Assembly (NCBI RefSeq): GCF_001457615.1 | Contig: NZ_LN831024.1 | Coordinates: 4,740,001-4,772,000, forward strand | Source of the DNA: Pseudomonas aeruginosa | GTDB lineage: Bacteria; Pseudomonadota; Gammaproteobacteria; Pseudomonadales; Pseudomonadaceae | Length of the DNA stretch: 32,000 bases | Reading direction: 5' to 3' | Part shown: in pieces, positions 23,823 through 32,000 of the stretch | Layout of the letters: each line of letters starts with the position of its first letter | Numbering within the stretch: the first letter of the stretch is position 1 | The notes under the pieces: generated by a model | What the model was told of the DNA's origin: nothing | The model's input: the letters and a program-made list of their open reading frames with translations, nothing else | Databases searched by the model: none | Translations under genes and position numbers: made by a program

Positions 23823-24065
23823 TCATCCCGCTCTTGCCGCCGAGGGCTCGGGAGCGCGGGGCGGAGAAGCTGCCCCCACACTCCCCAGCGGAGGCTGTTT
23901 CAGGGGGGAGGCGTTCAAGGGTGCGCTCCGCCCGTGCTTCCGTTCGCCGGAACGGTGAGGCGGTTCCGACGAGCCGGGAGCGCGGCCCTTGACCGGATCG
24001 ACCACGGTGCGAGCGGCCTGGATCAGGCAGAGCAGGAGCAGCGCTTTCAGGGTGTCAGCGAGCAT
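23823..24065 (-). CDS. Pf hypothetical protein with an N-terminal hydrophobic segment
   Basis: 80-aa ORF in the conserved Pf early block upstream of ssb. Confidence 0.55.
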   Translation of the reverse strand: MLADTLKALLLLCLIQAARTVVDPVKGRAPGSSEPPHRSGERKHGRSAPLNASPLKQPPLGSVGAASPPRAPEPSAARAG

Positions 24066-24068
24066 GGG

Positions 24069-24359
24069 TCAGCCCTCCAGTTGGAATGCTTCGCGCACGG
24101 GCACAAAGGGCGTGGGCTTCCCGCTGTCGTACACAACGTGCCAGTACTTCGGCGGACGCCGGGACGGGTCGTGTTTCACGCAGAAGGAACGGGGACGGCA
24201 GAGCCAGCGGCCACCTTCGAGATAGGGCAGCCCAGGGGGCCGGCAGTCCGGACACGGCGACGGGTTGTGCAATGGGATGGCCTGCCTTGCGGACCAGCAC
24301 ACAGAGCAGGCGCAGTCCGGGGCGTGGGTTTGGCGCAGGTAGTAGGGACTGGCGGTCAT
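24069..24359 (-). CDS. Pf hypothetical Cys-rich protein
   Basis: 96 aa with CACSVC...CPDC motifs. Tightly packed with its neighbours. Confidence 0.6.
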   Translation of the reverse strand: MTASPYYLRQTHAPDCACSVCWSARQAIPLHNPSPCPDCRPPGLPYLEGGRWLCRPRSFCVKHDPSRRPPKYWHVVYDSGKPTPFVPVREAFQLEG

Positions 24360-24362
24360 GGT

Positions 24363-24584
24363 TCATGCCCTCACCCCACGGATGCGGTAAACCTGGCGGG
24401 CGCGTTCGCGGGTCAGGCCGAAGGAGCGGCGAGCTTCTTCTTCAGTCGGGAAGACAGCCACCAACTCTTCGACCCAGCGTTGGCATTCCACGCGGGAAAT
24501 GCCCTGATGGACGCGATGCCAGCGACGTTGCCGGGTCGGGCCGTGGAAGGTGCAAATCTCTACGAGGTAACGCATATCAGGCAC
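24363..24584 (-). CDS. Pf hypothetical protein
   Basis: 73 aa. Overlaps the upstream xis gene by 8 nt. Confidence 0.6.
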   Translation of the reverse strand: MPDMRYLVEICTFHGPTRQRRWHRVHQGISRVECQRWVEELVAVFPTEEEARRSFGLTRERARQVYRIRGVRA

Positions 24585-24792
24585 TCCATTCCTGTTCCAG
24601 CAGCCAGGTACGCAACAACGCGCTATTCACCATGCGCAGCTTCCCCAGCTTCACGGACGGCAGCACACCCCGGTAAACCCAGGCGCGGGCGGTGCCGTAG
24701 CTAATGCCGTTGCGCTCCGCCCACCGTTCGATGGATTCCACATCCTGTTGCGGCCCGATCAGGGCGCCGGGGTTCAGCTCTTCCAAATCCAT
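24577..24792 (-). CDS. xis: Excisionase-type HTH protein (XisF-like)
   Basis: ISYGTARAWVYRGVLPSVKLGKLRMV is an HTH. ATG at 24792 is preferred over the TTG at 24810. The gene is divergent from the repressor. Confidence 0.7.
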   Translation of the reverse strand: MDLEELNPGALIGPQQDVESIERWAERNGISYGTARAWVYRGVLPSVKLGKLRMVNSALLRTWLLEQEWSA

Positions 24793-24812
24793 GTCGTACT
24801 CCAAGCTCAAAA

Positions 24813-24882
24813 GGGATCACGGTGGTCCCTTTGAAGCAATGGGATCACGGTGGTCCCATTGCTGTCAAGACCACCGTGGTCC
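24813..24882. promoter_or_regulatory. Three operator-like palindromes in the xis/repressor divergent region
   Basis: GGGATCACGGTGGTCCC occurs at 24813-24829 and identically at 24841-24857. An inverted variant GACCACCGTGGTCC lies at 24869-24882. Half-site consensus is GGGAyCAC. Confidence 0.7.
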
Positions 24883-24893
24883 ATGATCACGTC

Positions 24894-25316
24894 ATGAGCA
24901 GAGAAGACCCACAATTCAAATTGCGTATGCCCCCAGAGCTACGCCTCCAAGCAGAGCAAGCAGCGAAAGCAGCTGGCCGCTCAATCAACGCAGAATTAGT
25001 CGCTCGAATTGAGTCGAGCTTCTTAAACTCATCAACCCAAGAAACCTTAATTCCCGCCAAGCGCGCAAAAGAACTTGCCCTCATGGCAAGAACGGTAATA
25101 CCAAGTGAGATTCGTAAACGAGTCATTATGGCAATACAAAGAGCAGTAAGCCTCGGCCATACTGAAGCTTATGCAAATCTAACCGATCTATCCCTTGAAG
25201 TTGGCATCTCCGACGAAGATCTTGACAATCTAATAAACCCTGTCATCGAAGAGTTAAAGAAGGCCGGCTACAATGCCAAGCTTGATGATATTACAACGCT
25301 TGCAATTGAATTCTAA
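24894..25316 (+). CDS. Pf immunity repressor, Arc/MetJ ribbon-helix-helix N-terminal domain plus AT-rich C-terminal domain
   Basis: MSREDPQFKLRMPPELRLQAEQAAKAAGRSINAELVARIESSF matches the Arc-like RHH pattern. The gene is divergent from xis. ATG at 24894. Confidence 0.75.
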   Translation: MSREDPQFKLRMPPELRLQAEQAAKAAGRSINAELVARIESSFLNSSTQETLIPAKRAKELALMARTVIPSEIRKRVIMAIQRAVSLGHTEAYANLTDLSLEVGISDEDLDNLINPVIEELKKAGYNAKLDDITTLAIEF

Positions 25317-25489
25317 TTATACTCTCCGAGCCTGAGACAAACTCAAACTCTTAAGATGCAAGGTAATTCAACAGAATGGATTCCCACAACGGCTGTTATT
25401 GCAAGTCTAAAATATCACTCAGTGAGATCTATTGGCGAAGAACTGGTATAACCCCTGAAATTTTGTTACGTAAATAAAACACCCATTAA

Positions 25490-25897
25490 ATGCGAGGCAA
25501 TCGATTGATTTCATATAACAAATTCACTCCTGCCCTGATAGCCTGTACTATGGCCTCTTTAATGAGCGGGTGTGACAATACAAGTGCAAAAAAAACGGAT
25601 AACATGATCAAAGGAAATTATCCGCTCCAGGTGGCTTTACACTCCATGGGGGAGTCTTTCCAAGAGGATGCTTATAATTTAAGCGCAATACAGCATATAA
25701 ATAGCGGGGAGTCACCTACTAAAGCGGTGGTTACTATTGAAGTTTCAGAGTTACCGGACGATTCCGTGTCTGCCGAAAAAACTGTCTTTACAATGAGCTA
25801 TCAAAACGACAGGTGGCAAATAGTGAATCAGGTAAAAACACAACGATGCTGGCCAGGGCGAGGACATACAGACTTTTCAGAACAACCATGTAATTAG
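25490..25897 (+). CDS. AT-rich cargo lipoprotein
   Basis: Lipobox LMSGC follows a hydrophobic leader. 135 aa in a visibly AT-rich region. Confidence 0.65.
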   Translation: MRGNRLISYNKFTPALIACTMASLMSGCDNTSAKKTDNMIKGNYPLQVALHSMGESFQEDAYNLSAIQHINSGESPTKAVVTIEVSELPDDSVSAEKTVFTMSYQNDRWQIVNQVKTQRCWPGRGHTDFSEQPCN

Positions 25898-25898
25898 A

Positions 25899-26239
25899 TT
25901 ACCAATGACGTGAACTAGCTTTCTTGAGTGTGGCCAGCCACCTAGGAAGATCCTTCATTTCATGCAGTACGCGCCAAACATCGATGTGAGCGTTTTGCTC
26001 GACCTAGACACAAGGTAGGGATGGCGCTGGAGTGGTCAGAAGCGTAGGCCGGACAGATCCAGTTCTTAGGCGTAGCGTGCCGAGCCAGAGTTGGGGTGAC
26101 GGCGGATCTGCTTATACGCTCGTTCCAGGGCGTCAATGAAGCTTAATGCCGCTTTCTCGTCTGTTCTTCGGTAGTACGCAATGGCGTTGTCTACGCCTCT
26201 ATTTGCTAGCTCATGCAGGATGACGAGCTTTTGCTTCAT
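25899..26239 (-). pseudogene. ParE/RelE-family toxin pseudogene
   Basis: Reading the minus strand: MKQKLVILHELANRGVDNAIAYYRRTDEKAALSFIDALERAYKQIRRHPNSGSARYA-TAA-ELDLSGLRF-TGA-PLQRHPYLV, then a frameshift, then VEQNAHIDVWRVLHEMKDLPRWL. That is two in-frame stops plus one frameshift. Confidence 0.7.
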
Positions 26240-26241
26240 TC

Positions 26242-26310
26242 TTAAGCATTCCGCACGCGAGCACGGATCGATTCGAAGTAGTCAGTATCGACAGGGCAGC
26301 GAGAGCGGAC
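26242..26310 (-). pseudogene. C-terminal remnant of the cognate antitoxin
   Basis: ...PVDTDYFESIRARVRNA ends at a stop 2 nt before the toxin ATG. The frame is closed by a TAG about 22 codons upstream, with no start codon. Confidence 0.4.
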
Positions 26311-26366
26311 GCAGCACTAGCAAACAATATTTTGCCAAGAATCATAACGCGGCTTTGGCGGCTAAT

Positions 26367-26384
26367 GTCGAAAAAATGTCGAAT
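26367..26384 (+). repeat. Two GTCGAA(A/T) repeats in 11-bp register (putative arm-type sites, right arm)
   Basis: GTCGAAA at 26367 and GTCGAAT at 26378, in the same orientation as the 16806-16834 copies. Confidence 0.55.
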
Positions 26385-26478
26385 TTATAGGGCCGAATAG
26401 CGACGAATCGAGCACGTGAGGAAAGCGGAAAGCCCGTATTGAGCGGGTTTAACACGAATTGACATGCTACTGAAAAGA

Positions 26479-26504
26479 GTTCGATTCCCTTCGCCCGCTC
26501 CAGA
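26479..26504 (+). repeat. attR core of the Pf prophage (26-bp direct repeat)
   Basis: Identical to 16725-16750. Imperfect similarity continues about 20 nt further (shared AAGCCCCTGA). Confidence 0.9.
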
Positions 26505-26514
26505 TCCCAATGCA

Positions 26515-26555
26515 AAAGCCCCTGACACCAACCAGTGCCAGGGGCTTTCTGTTTT
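26515..26555 (+). terminator. Rho-independent terminator downstream of the tRNA 3' end (native tRNA-Gly terminator; bidirectional with the convergent gene)
   Basis: AAAGCCCCTG...CAGGGGCTTT forms a 10-bp stem followed by CTGTTTT. Confidence 0.7.
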
Positions 26556-26638
26556 CAGGCTTTACCGCGTAAAGCCCGGGAAAGATCGGAAGCGCCCCAT
26601 GGATTTCGGCGGAGACGCAGCCGGAAGGTTCCTCTCCT

Positions 26639-27115
26639 TTACATCATCAGCGAGTAGGCCCGCTCCAACTGGTCCAGATCGATATCCAGGGGCAGCGGCA
26701 GGGGCGCTTCGCCGATGCGCTGCTCGCTGGCGAACTTTCCCTCGGCCAACACACGTGCCGGGTCGTTGAGGGCGAGGAAGTCGCCCCCGTCGTATTCCCA
26801 GAAATTCAGCGGGGAGCGGCCGGAATAGGTTTCGTTCCAGCAGGCGACGTACGAACGTTCGCCCAGGACTTTCGGACGGCAGGAAACGTAGGGTTCCAGA
26901 TAGACCTCATGGGTGAGGTACAGGAAGGTGAGGTCATCCACGCGATAGGCCGGCGCTTCGCTGACCTCCTGAGGCTCCTCGTCCAGTTGCGCTTCGGGGT
27001 TCGCTCCCGGATCGACCGCTGCGACAGCGGAAAACCCATCCGCCCCCCCAGGCTCTCCCATGGCCATGCCTCCACAGATGAAAAGGGAAGCAACCACGAC
27101 CAATAACTTCAACAC
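26639..27115 (-). CDS. Secreted hypothetical protein
   Basis: GTG start behind GAGGA. Hydrophobic leader LKLLVVVASLFICGG. 158 aa. Confidence 0.65.
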   Translation of the reverse strand: MLKLLVVVASLFICGGMAMGEPGGADGFSAVAAVDPGANPEAQLDEEPQEVSEAPAYRVDDLTFLYLTHEVYLEPYVSCRPKVLGERSYVACWNETYSGRSPLNFWEYDGGDFLALNDPARVLAEGKFASEQRIGEAPLPLPLDIDLDQLERAYSLMM

Positions 27116-27346
27116 GACGCGTCCTCGCCTGAAAATCGCGGAGATTACGCCGCCAACTTTTCAGGTATGCGATCAGGGTGGCCCGCAACCTTCCGCCCCG
27201 CCGCCCGATATCGGGCAATTCCTACACGACGGAAGACGCATCCATCTGGGCCCGCACCCGGCTCGTCTTCTCTCTCAGCGCTCTTTCACGGTGTTCCGCA
27301 GCAAATTAGTAATTATCTGTAGGAATAACTCCTCAACAGCCTCGTA

Positions 27347-27640
27347 TCACTTCCGCTCGAGCCGAATCTCGACCAGCTTGCCATCGATGAAGCGCAAGTG
27401 TCGGTAGACGCCTCCACTGGGGCCATACACCCAGAATTCGGTGCGTGCGGCATTCAACTTGGGCACGCCGTTGTTGCGCAGGGCAGGCTCGTTGACGATC
27501 CTGCTCAGCGGTTGCCCGCACCTTTCCAGGACTTGCTCGACGCTGTCGCCCTCGTCCACCAGATGCGTGCCGCATCTCATCGAGGCGACGGCAGGAATTG
27601 CCAACGAAGACATGAACAGCGTCAGCGCCGTGCGAAACAT
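27347..27640 (-). CDS. DUF2845-like small periplasmic protein
   Basis: ATG at 27640 behind GGGAGG. Signal peptide MFRTALTLFMSSLAIPAVAS, then CGTHLVDEGDSVEQVLERCGQP...FIDGKLVEI. Confidence 0.7.
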   Translation of the reverse strand: MFRTALTLFMSSLAIPAVASMRCGTHLVDEGDSVEQVLERCGQPLSRIVNEPALRNNGVPKLNAARTEFWVYGPSGGVYRHLRFIDGKLVEIRLERK

Positions 27641-27979
27641 GGATACCTCCCGCTTCCCCCGATAATGAAAGCGCGGACCGCCGCGGGGCGAGGCGAACTC
27701 CCTCACAAAGGCGCAAGCGTCGCACGGCGGCATAGCGACGCAGGCAGTTTCTTGCCGTCGCTTCGCCAGCTTCGTTAGACTGCCGCATCGCAGCACGCTT
27801 TCGTGGCTGCGCCCTCCCCGATCCGAGGCTTGTATGTTGGAGATAGTAATCATCCGATAACCGCCACTTCGTCATCCCGCACGAGGTGTCGCCGGTTATC
27901 TGCCTTCGCCATGGCTCGCACACGCCTTTTCGCGCAGTGCGGCCGCGTTGTCACACCGATGATTACAGGTTCTACCGAC

Positions 27980-28237
27980 ATGAACGTTTCCAAGCCGGAA
28001 CAACGGACGCTTCACGCCTTGGCCCAGGGCGGCCATATCGCCTTCCTTCGCGACGCTTCGGGCAAGATCACCCGCGTCGAGTGCTACAACCGCGACGGCC
28101 ACCTGCTACTCGACTGCACCCTGGCGGTGTTCTCCAGGCTGAAGAACAAGGGCCTGGTCCACTCCCGCCAGGGCAGGCCCTACCGGATATCCATGGCCGG
28201 GCTGAAAGCCGTGCGCCCGCAGGCGGACAATCGCTGA
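27980..28237 (+). CDS. yjhX: YjhX (TopAI)-family toxin, UPF0386
   Basis: 85 aa: [60 protein letters not shown]... This is collinear with E. coli YjhX as I recall it. Confidence 0.8.
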
Positions 28238-28256
28238 CCCCCTTCCTTTTCCATTG

Positions 28257-28279
28257 CCCCCGCCGGGACAAGGCGGGGG
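28257..28279 (+). terminator. Stem-loop after the yjhX-like gene
   Basis: CCCCCGCC-gggacaa-GGCGGGGG followed by TTCC. The U-tract is weak. Confidence 0.4.
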
Positions 28280-28296
28280 TTCCGAGGAGTGCTTGC

Positions 28297-28803
28297 ATGA
28301 ATATTTCCATCCGTGCGGAAACGCCCGGCGACATCAACGCCATCGCTCGCCTGACCGAAGCCGCGTTCCGCAACGAAACGCATAGCAGCCATACCGAGCA
28401 GTACATCGTCGATGCCCTCCGCCGTGCTGGCGCGCTGACGCTTTCGCTGGTGGCCGAAGCGAATGGCCAGGTGATCGGCCATATCGCAGCCTCACCAGTG
28501 ACCATCGATGGCGAAGCGGGCGGCTGGTACGGCCTCGCGCCGCTATCGGTGGCGCCCGGGCGACAGCGCCAGGGTCTCGGTTCGCAGTTGGTCCGGCGCC
28601 TGCTCACCGAGTTGCGACTGCTGCCCGCGGGTGGCTGCGTGGTACTGGGCGAACCGACCTACTACTCGCGCTTCGGCTTTCGGGTGGAAAGCGGCCTGGC
28701 GTTGCCCGGCGTTCCCGCCGAATACTTCCAGGCACAGTCCTTCAGCGGGCGCATGGCGCGAGGAATAGTGGCCTTCCACGCCGCATTCGACGCCAGCGAC
28801 TGA
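28297..28803 (+). CDS. GNAT-family N-acetyltransferase (YjhQ-like partner of YjhX)
   Basis: 168 aa. The acetyl-CoA motif region is RQRQGLGSQLVRRLL. It lies immediately downstream of the yjhX-like gene. Confidence 0.8.
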   Translation: MNISIRAETPGDINAIARLTEAAFRNETHSSHTEQYIVDALRRAGALTLSLVAEANGQVIGHIAASPVTIDGEAGGWYGLAPLSVAPGRQRQGLGSQLVRRLLTELRLLPAGGCVVLGEPTYYSRFGFRVESGLALPGVPAEYFQAQSFSGRMARGIVAFHAAFDASD

Positions 28804-28846
28804 GCCGGAACGACAGCAGCCGCTATGTCGCCCCCTAGTCGCGGGC

Positions 28847-29242
28847 TCAATCGAACTGGGTACCCTTCTGGATCAGTTCCACCTTGTAGCCGTCCGGGTC
28901 TTCGAGGAAGGCGATCACGCTGCGTCCGTGCTGCATCGGCCCGGCCTCGCGGGTGACCCGATAGCCCAGCGCCCTGGCCCGGGCGCAGGTGACGGCGGCA
29001 TCCTCGACCTCGATGGCCAGGTGGCCGTAGCCGTCGCCCTGGGTGTAGCCGTCCCGGTCCCAGTTGTGGGTCAACTCCAGGGCAGCGGCCGCGCGCTCGT
29101 CCTGGTAGCCGACGAAGGCCAGGGTGAAGCGGCCTTCGGGATAGTCCCGGCGCCGCAGCAGGCGCATGTCCAGGGCGCGGGTGTAGAACTCCAGCGCGGC
29201 CTCGAGATCGGCCACGCGGAGCATGCTGTGCAGGATTCGCAT
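28847..29242 (-). CDS. gloA: Lactoylglutathione lyase (glyoxalase I)
   Basis: MRILHSMLRVADLEAALEFYTRALDMRLLRRRDYPEGRFTLAFVGY...THNW...GYGHLAIEV...GYKVELIQ. 131 aa from the ATG at 29242. Confidence 0.9.
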   Translation of the reverse strand: MRILHSMLRVADLEAALEFYTRALDMRLLRRRDYPEGRFTLAFVGYQDERAAAALELTHNWDRDGYTQGDGYGHLAIEVEDAAVTCARARALGYRVTREAGPMQHGRSVIAFLEDPDGYKVELIQKGTQFD

Positions 29243-29286
29243 GGAAATTCTCCGTGGAATCCGGCGGCGAGCCGCCGGAGCGGGGA

Positions 29287-29583
29287 TCAACCCTCGATGC
29301 GGTAGCCCTTGAACAGGAAAAGCGGACCGAAGGCGTAGCTGTCGATCAGTTCGTAGAAGCGCGCGATGGTTTCGTTGCGGCAATGCTGGAGGAACGCCGC
29401 CTCGTCTTCGTACACCTCGTCGAGGTAGAAGCGGTTGCGGTTGTTCTCGTCGCGGATCACTTCGAAGCGCAGGGTGCCCGGCTCGCTCTGCAACGAGCCA
29501 TTGGCATCGAACAGACCTGCCGCGGCGAACGCTTCGCGCTTGTCGGAGGGAACGTCGAACTGAACCAGTACGTGGTAGGTCAT
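29287..29583 (-). CDS. ABM-domain (antibiotic biosynthesis monooxygenase-like) protein
   Basis: 98 aa with an ABM-like pattern: EPGTLRFEVIRDENNRNRFYLDEVYEDEAAFLQH. Confidence 0.7.
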   Translation of the reverse strand: MTYHVLVQFDVPSDKREAFAAAGLFDANGSLQSEPGTLRFEVIRDENNRNRFYLDEVYEDEAAFLQHCRNETIARFYELIDSYAFGPLFLFKGYRIEG

Positions 29584-29698
29584 GGAATCTTTCCTCGTGA
29601 AATGGGGTTGGAAGCGATCGCGAGGTCCATGCTAGGGTGGCCTTTCACTCATTAAAAGTAATCAATAATCAGCAAGGCACTCACTTAAAGAGAATTAT

Positions 29699-30553
29699 GT
29701 GAAACTCTCCCAACTCGGATTCTTCTGCGCGGTGGTCGAACGCGGCACCATCGCAGCCGCGGCCGAACAGTTGCATTGCGTGCCGTCGAACATCACTACC
29801 CGCTTGCGCGAACTCGAAGGACAACTCGGCGTAGCCCTGTTCAATCGCGAAAGGAATCGCCTGCTGGTCACCCCCGAGGGCCGCCTGCTGTACCGCCACG
29901 CCACGCGCCTGCTGGCGCTGGCCGACGAGACCGCTGCGCTGTTCGCCGGCGACCAGGCGCACGGCGCGCTACGGGTCGGCGCACTGGACGTGGCCCTGGC
30001 CAATCACCTGCCCCAGCGCCTGGCCCGCTACCGCCGCGAGTCGCCGGGCGTTGAACTGCACATCCGCCCCGAGCATTCGCTGCTGCTCGAGCGTCTGCTG
30101 ATGGAGGGAGAGCTGGACCTGATCGTTGCCGACGGCCCCATCGAACACCCGTTGCTGGCCAGCCGCCTGGCCTTCCGCGAGCGCCTGTTGCGAGTCACTC
30201 CCGCCAACCTGCCGGCGCCCACTCCCGAGGACCTCGCCAGCCTCGAACTCTATGTGTTCGGCCACACTTGCCACTACCGCCGCCAGGTCGACCGCTGGCT
30301 GGCGGAAAGCGGTATCCAGCCGCGTGCAACCCTGGAAATCGAGTCCTACCCAAGCCTCTTCGCCTGCATCGAGGCCGGTCTCGGCTTCGCCTGCGTGCCG
30401 GAGAGCTTCGTTGCACGCATGCCCTCCACGCGACGGGGTTTCCATGCCGAACCGGTAGCCGGCCTGGACTCCAGCGATATCCATTTCGTCTGGCGCAAAC
30501 AGCAAGCCTCGCCGCTGATCCAGGGCTTCATCGACAGCATCGGCGCCGACTGA
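29699..30553 (+). CDS. LysR-family transcriptional regulator
   Basis: N-terminal HTH LSQLGFFCAVVERGTIAAAAEQLHCVPSNITTRLRELE. GTG start. Divergent from the ABM gene. Confidence 0.9.
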   Translation: MKLSQLGFFCAVVERGTIAAAAEQLHCVPSNITTRLRELEGQLGVALFNRERNRLLVTPEGRLLYRHATRLLALADETAALFAGDQAHGALRVGALDVALANHLPQRLARYRRESPGVELHIRPEHSLLLERLLMEGELDLIVADGPIEHPLLASRLAFRERLLRVTPANLPAPTPEDLASLELYVFGHTCHYRRQVDRWLAESGIQPRATLEIESYPSLFACIEAGLGFACVPESFVARMPSTRRGFHAEPVAGLDSSDIHFVWRKQQASPLIQGFIDSIGAD

Positions 30554-30838
30554 CGCCAACGATCGATGCCGCAACACAAACGCACTCGGAAAAATCGGTA
30601 ACAGCGGAACCACTGCACAGACCAGAGAAAAAGCCGCCACCAACCAGGCCTGGCGGCGACACCGGAAGTACCCTCGGCGGCCGATTGCCGAGCCGATCCC
30701 CTACCTGCCCCCTGGGTTTTCCGACGAAAGACCTTGATTCGTGGGAGGTAGGGTCGTCTCCGCTAGATACCCCTCAACCCTGCGTGCGGGCTCCATGCCC
30801 GAGCGCCTTGGCGAGATTTGCCCATAGAGCCATCACTT

Positions 30839-31618
30839 ATGACTGCGACAGACAGAACGCCCCCGCCATTGAAATGGCTCTGCCTCGGCAACCGTGATGC
30901 GAACGACGGATTCGAGCTCTTCGCCCATGGCATCTATGCGAGGAACGGCGCGTTGGTCGGCAGCAAGCTCTCCCTGCGCGAACGGCGCCAGCGCGTCGAC
31001 CTGTCGGCCTTCCTTTCCGGCGCACCGCCGCTGCTTGCTGAGGCGGCGGTCAAGCACCTGCTGGCGCGCCTCCTGTGCGTGCACCGGCACAACACCGACC
31101 TCGAACTGCTCGGCAAGAACTTCATTCCCCTGCATGCCAGCAGCCTGGGCAACGCCGGGGTCTGCGAGCGGATCCTGGCCTCGGCCAGGCAATTGCAGCA
31201 GCACCAGGTCGAACTCTGCCTGCTGCTGGCCATCGACGAGCAGGAACCCGCCTCGGCGGAGTACCTGGCGTCCCTCGCCCGGCTACGCGACAGCGGCGTG
31301 CGCATCGCGCTGCACCCGCAACGCATCGATACCGACGCTCGCCAGTGCTTCGCCGAGGTCGACGCCGGCCTCTGCGATTACCTGGGCCTGGACGCGCGCC
31401 TGCTTGCCCCCGGCCCGCTGACGCGTAACCTGCGCCAGCGCAAGAGCATCGAGTACCTGAACCGGCTGTTGGTGGCACAGGACATCCAGATGCTTTGCCT
31501 CAACGTCGACAATGAGGAACTGCACCAACAAGCCAACGCACTCCCCTTCGCCTTCCGTCACGGCAGGCACTATTCGGAGCCTTTCCAGGCCTGGCCGTTC
31601 AGCAGTCCGGCCTGCTGA
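30839..31618 (+). CDS. toxR: Exotoxin A regulatory protein ToxR/RegA
   Basis: 259 aa beginning [20 protein letters not shown]. Recognised from memory as P. aeruginosa RegA, and the neighbourhood (LysR, gloA, cat) agrees. Confidence 0.75.
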
Positions 31619-31710
31619 ACGCCGACGCGGCTGCCAGCCGTCACGCCAGGCTGGCCCGCTATCCCACCAGGCGCTACCCTTGGCGGTTTCGACGGACAGG
31701 GACGACGGTC

Positions 31711-32000
31711 ATGGGCAACTATTTCGAGAGCCCCTTCAGGGGCAAGCTGCTCTCGGAACAGGTCAGCAACCCGAACATACGGGTGGGGCGCTACAGCTAC
31801 TACTCCGGCTACTATCACGGGCATTCCTTCGACGACTGCGCCCGCTACCTGATGCCGGACCGCGACGACGTGGACAAGCTGGTCATCGGCAGTTTCTGCT
31901 CGATCGGCAGTGGCGCCGCCTTCATCATGGCCGGCAACCAGGGACACCGCGCCGAATGGGCGTCGACCTTCCCCTTCCACTTCATGCACGAAGAGCCTGC
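31711..32000 (+). CDS. catB: Xenobiotic (chloramphenicol) acetyltransferase, CatB type (3' end cut by window)
   Basis: [79 protein letters not shown] shows the hexapeptide-repeat CatB signature. The frame is open to the window end. Confidence 0.85.

Larger units (their letters stand above)
16725..26504. mobile_element. Pf-like filamentous (inovirus) prophage with flanking 26-bp direct repeats
   Basis: The gene set int-rep-zot-coaA-coaB-pfsE-ssb-xis/repressor is bounded by identical GTTCGATTCCCTTCGCCCGCTCCAGA repeats. Confidence 0.9.

Noticed and set aside
26181-26390. 69-aa plus-strand ORF
   Set aside because: It is antisense to the recognisable ParE pseudogene and antitoxin remnant, has no SD, and its product looks non-protein-like.
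27803-28803. Extended ORFs 27803..28237 and 27886..28803 as full-length genes
   Set aside because: Internal ATGs at 27980 and 28297 give products matching the expected lengths and N-termini of YjhX (85 aa) and the GNAT protein. The upstream extensions are out-of-character sequence overlapping the divergent gene.
31619-31710. A small regB-like ORF downstream of toxR/regA
   Set aside because: I could not identify a convincing start codon and ORF in this 92-bp gap, and my memory of regB is too vague to support a call.

Overview
High-GC, Pseudomonas aeruginosa-type chromosome segment with two unrelated prophages inserted in tandem at one tRNA-Gly(CCC) locus, followed by core genes. (1) Positions 1-16750 are the right-hand part of a P2-like myovirus prophage. 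It carries tail tube FII (cut by the window edge), chaperones E and E+E' with a TTTTTTG slippery site, a tape measure whose reading frame breaks near 3513, then gpU and gpD. Next comes a minus-strand cargo string co-oriented with the cI-type repressor. The early operon follows: Ner-like, CII-like, Ogr, primase-helicase, TraR-like, Dam methylase, AlpA. A P4-type integrase closes the element, which ends at a 46-nt 3' fragment of tRNA-Gly(CCC). (2) Positions 16725-26504 are a Pf-like filamentous (inovirus) prophage bounded by 26-bp direct repeats. It encodes integrase, replication initiator, Zot, CoaA, CoaB, PfsE, ssDNA-binding protein, an excisionase and a divergent RHH repressor, plus AT-rich cargo and a decayed ParE-type toxin-antitoxin module. 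(3) Positions 26505-32000 are core genes that, from memory, match the PAO1 PA0714-PA0706 neighbourhood: DUF2845, YjhX/GNAT pair, gloA, ABM, LysR, toxR/regA, catB. The best candidate for something undescribed is the repressor-linked cassette at 5487-6709. It holds an AT-rich orphan gene for a two-TM plus long coiled-coil protein, translationally coupled to a small exported protein and a micro-ORF, in the position where prophages usually carry exclusion or abortive-infection genes. No family could be assigned by eye. All calls come from reading the ORF track and sequence; no database search was run.
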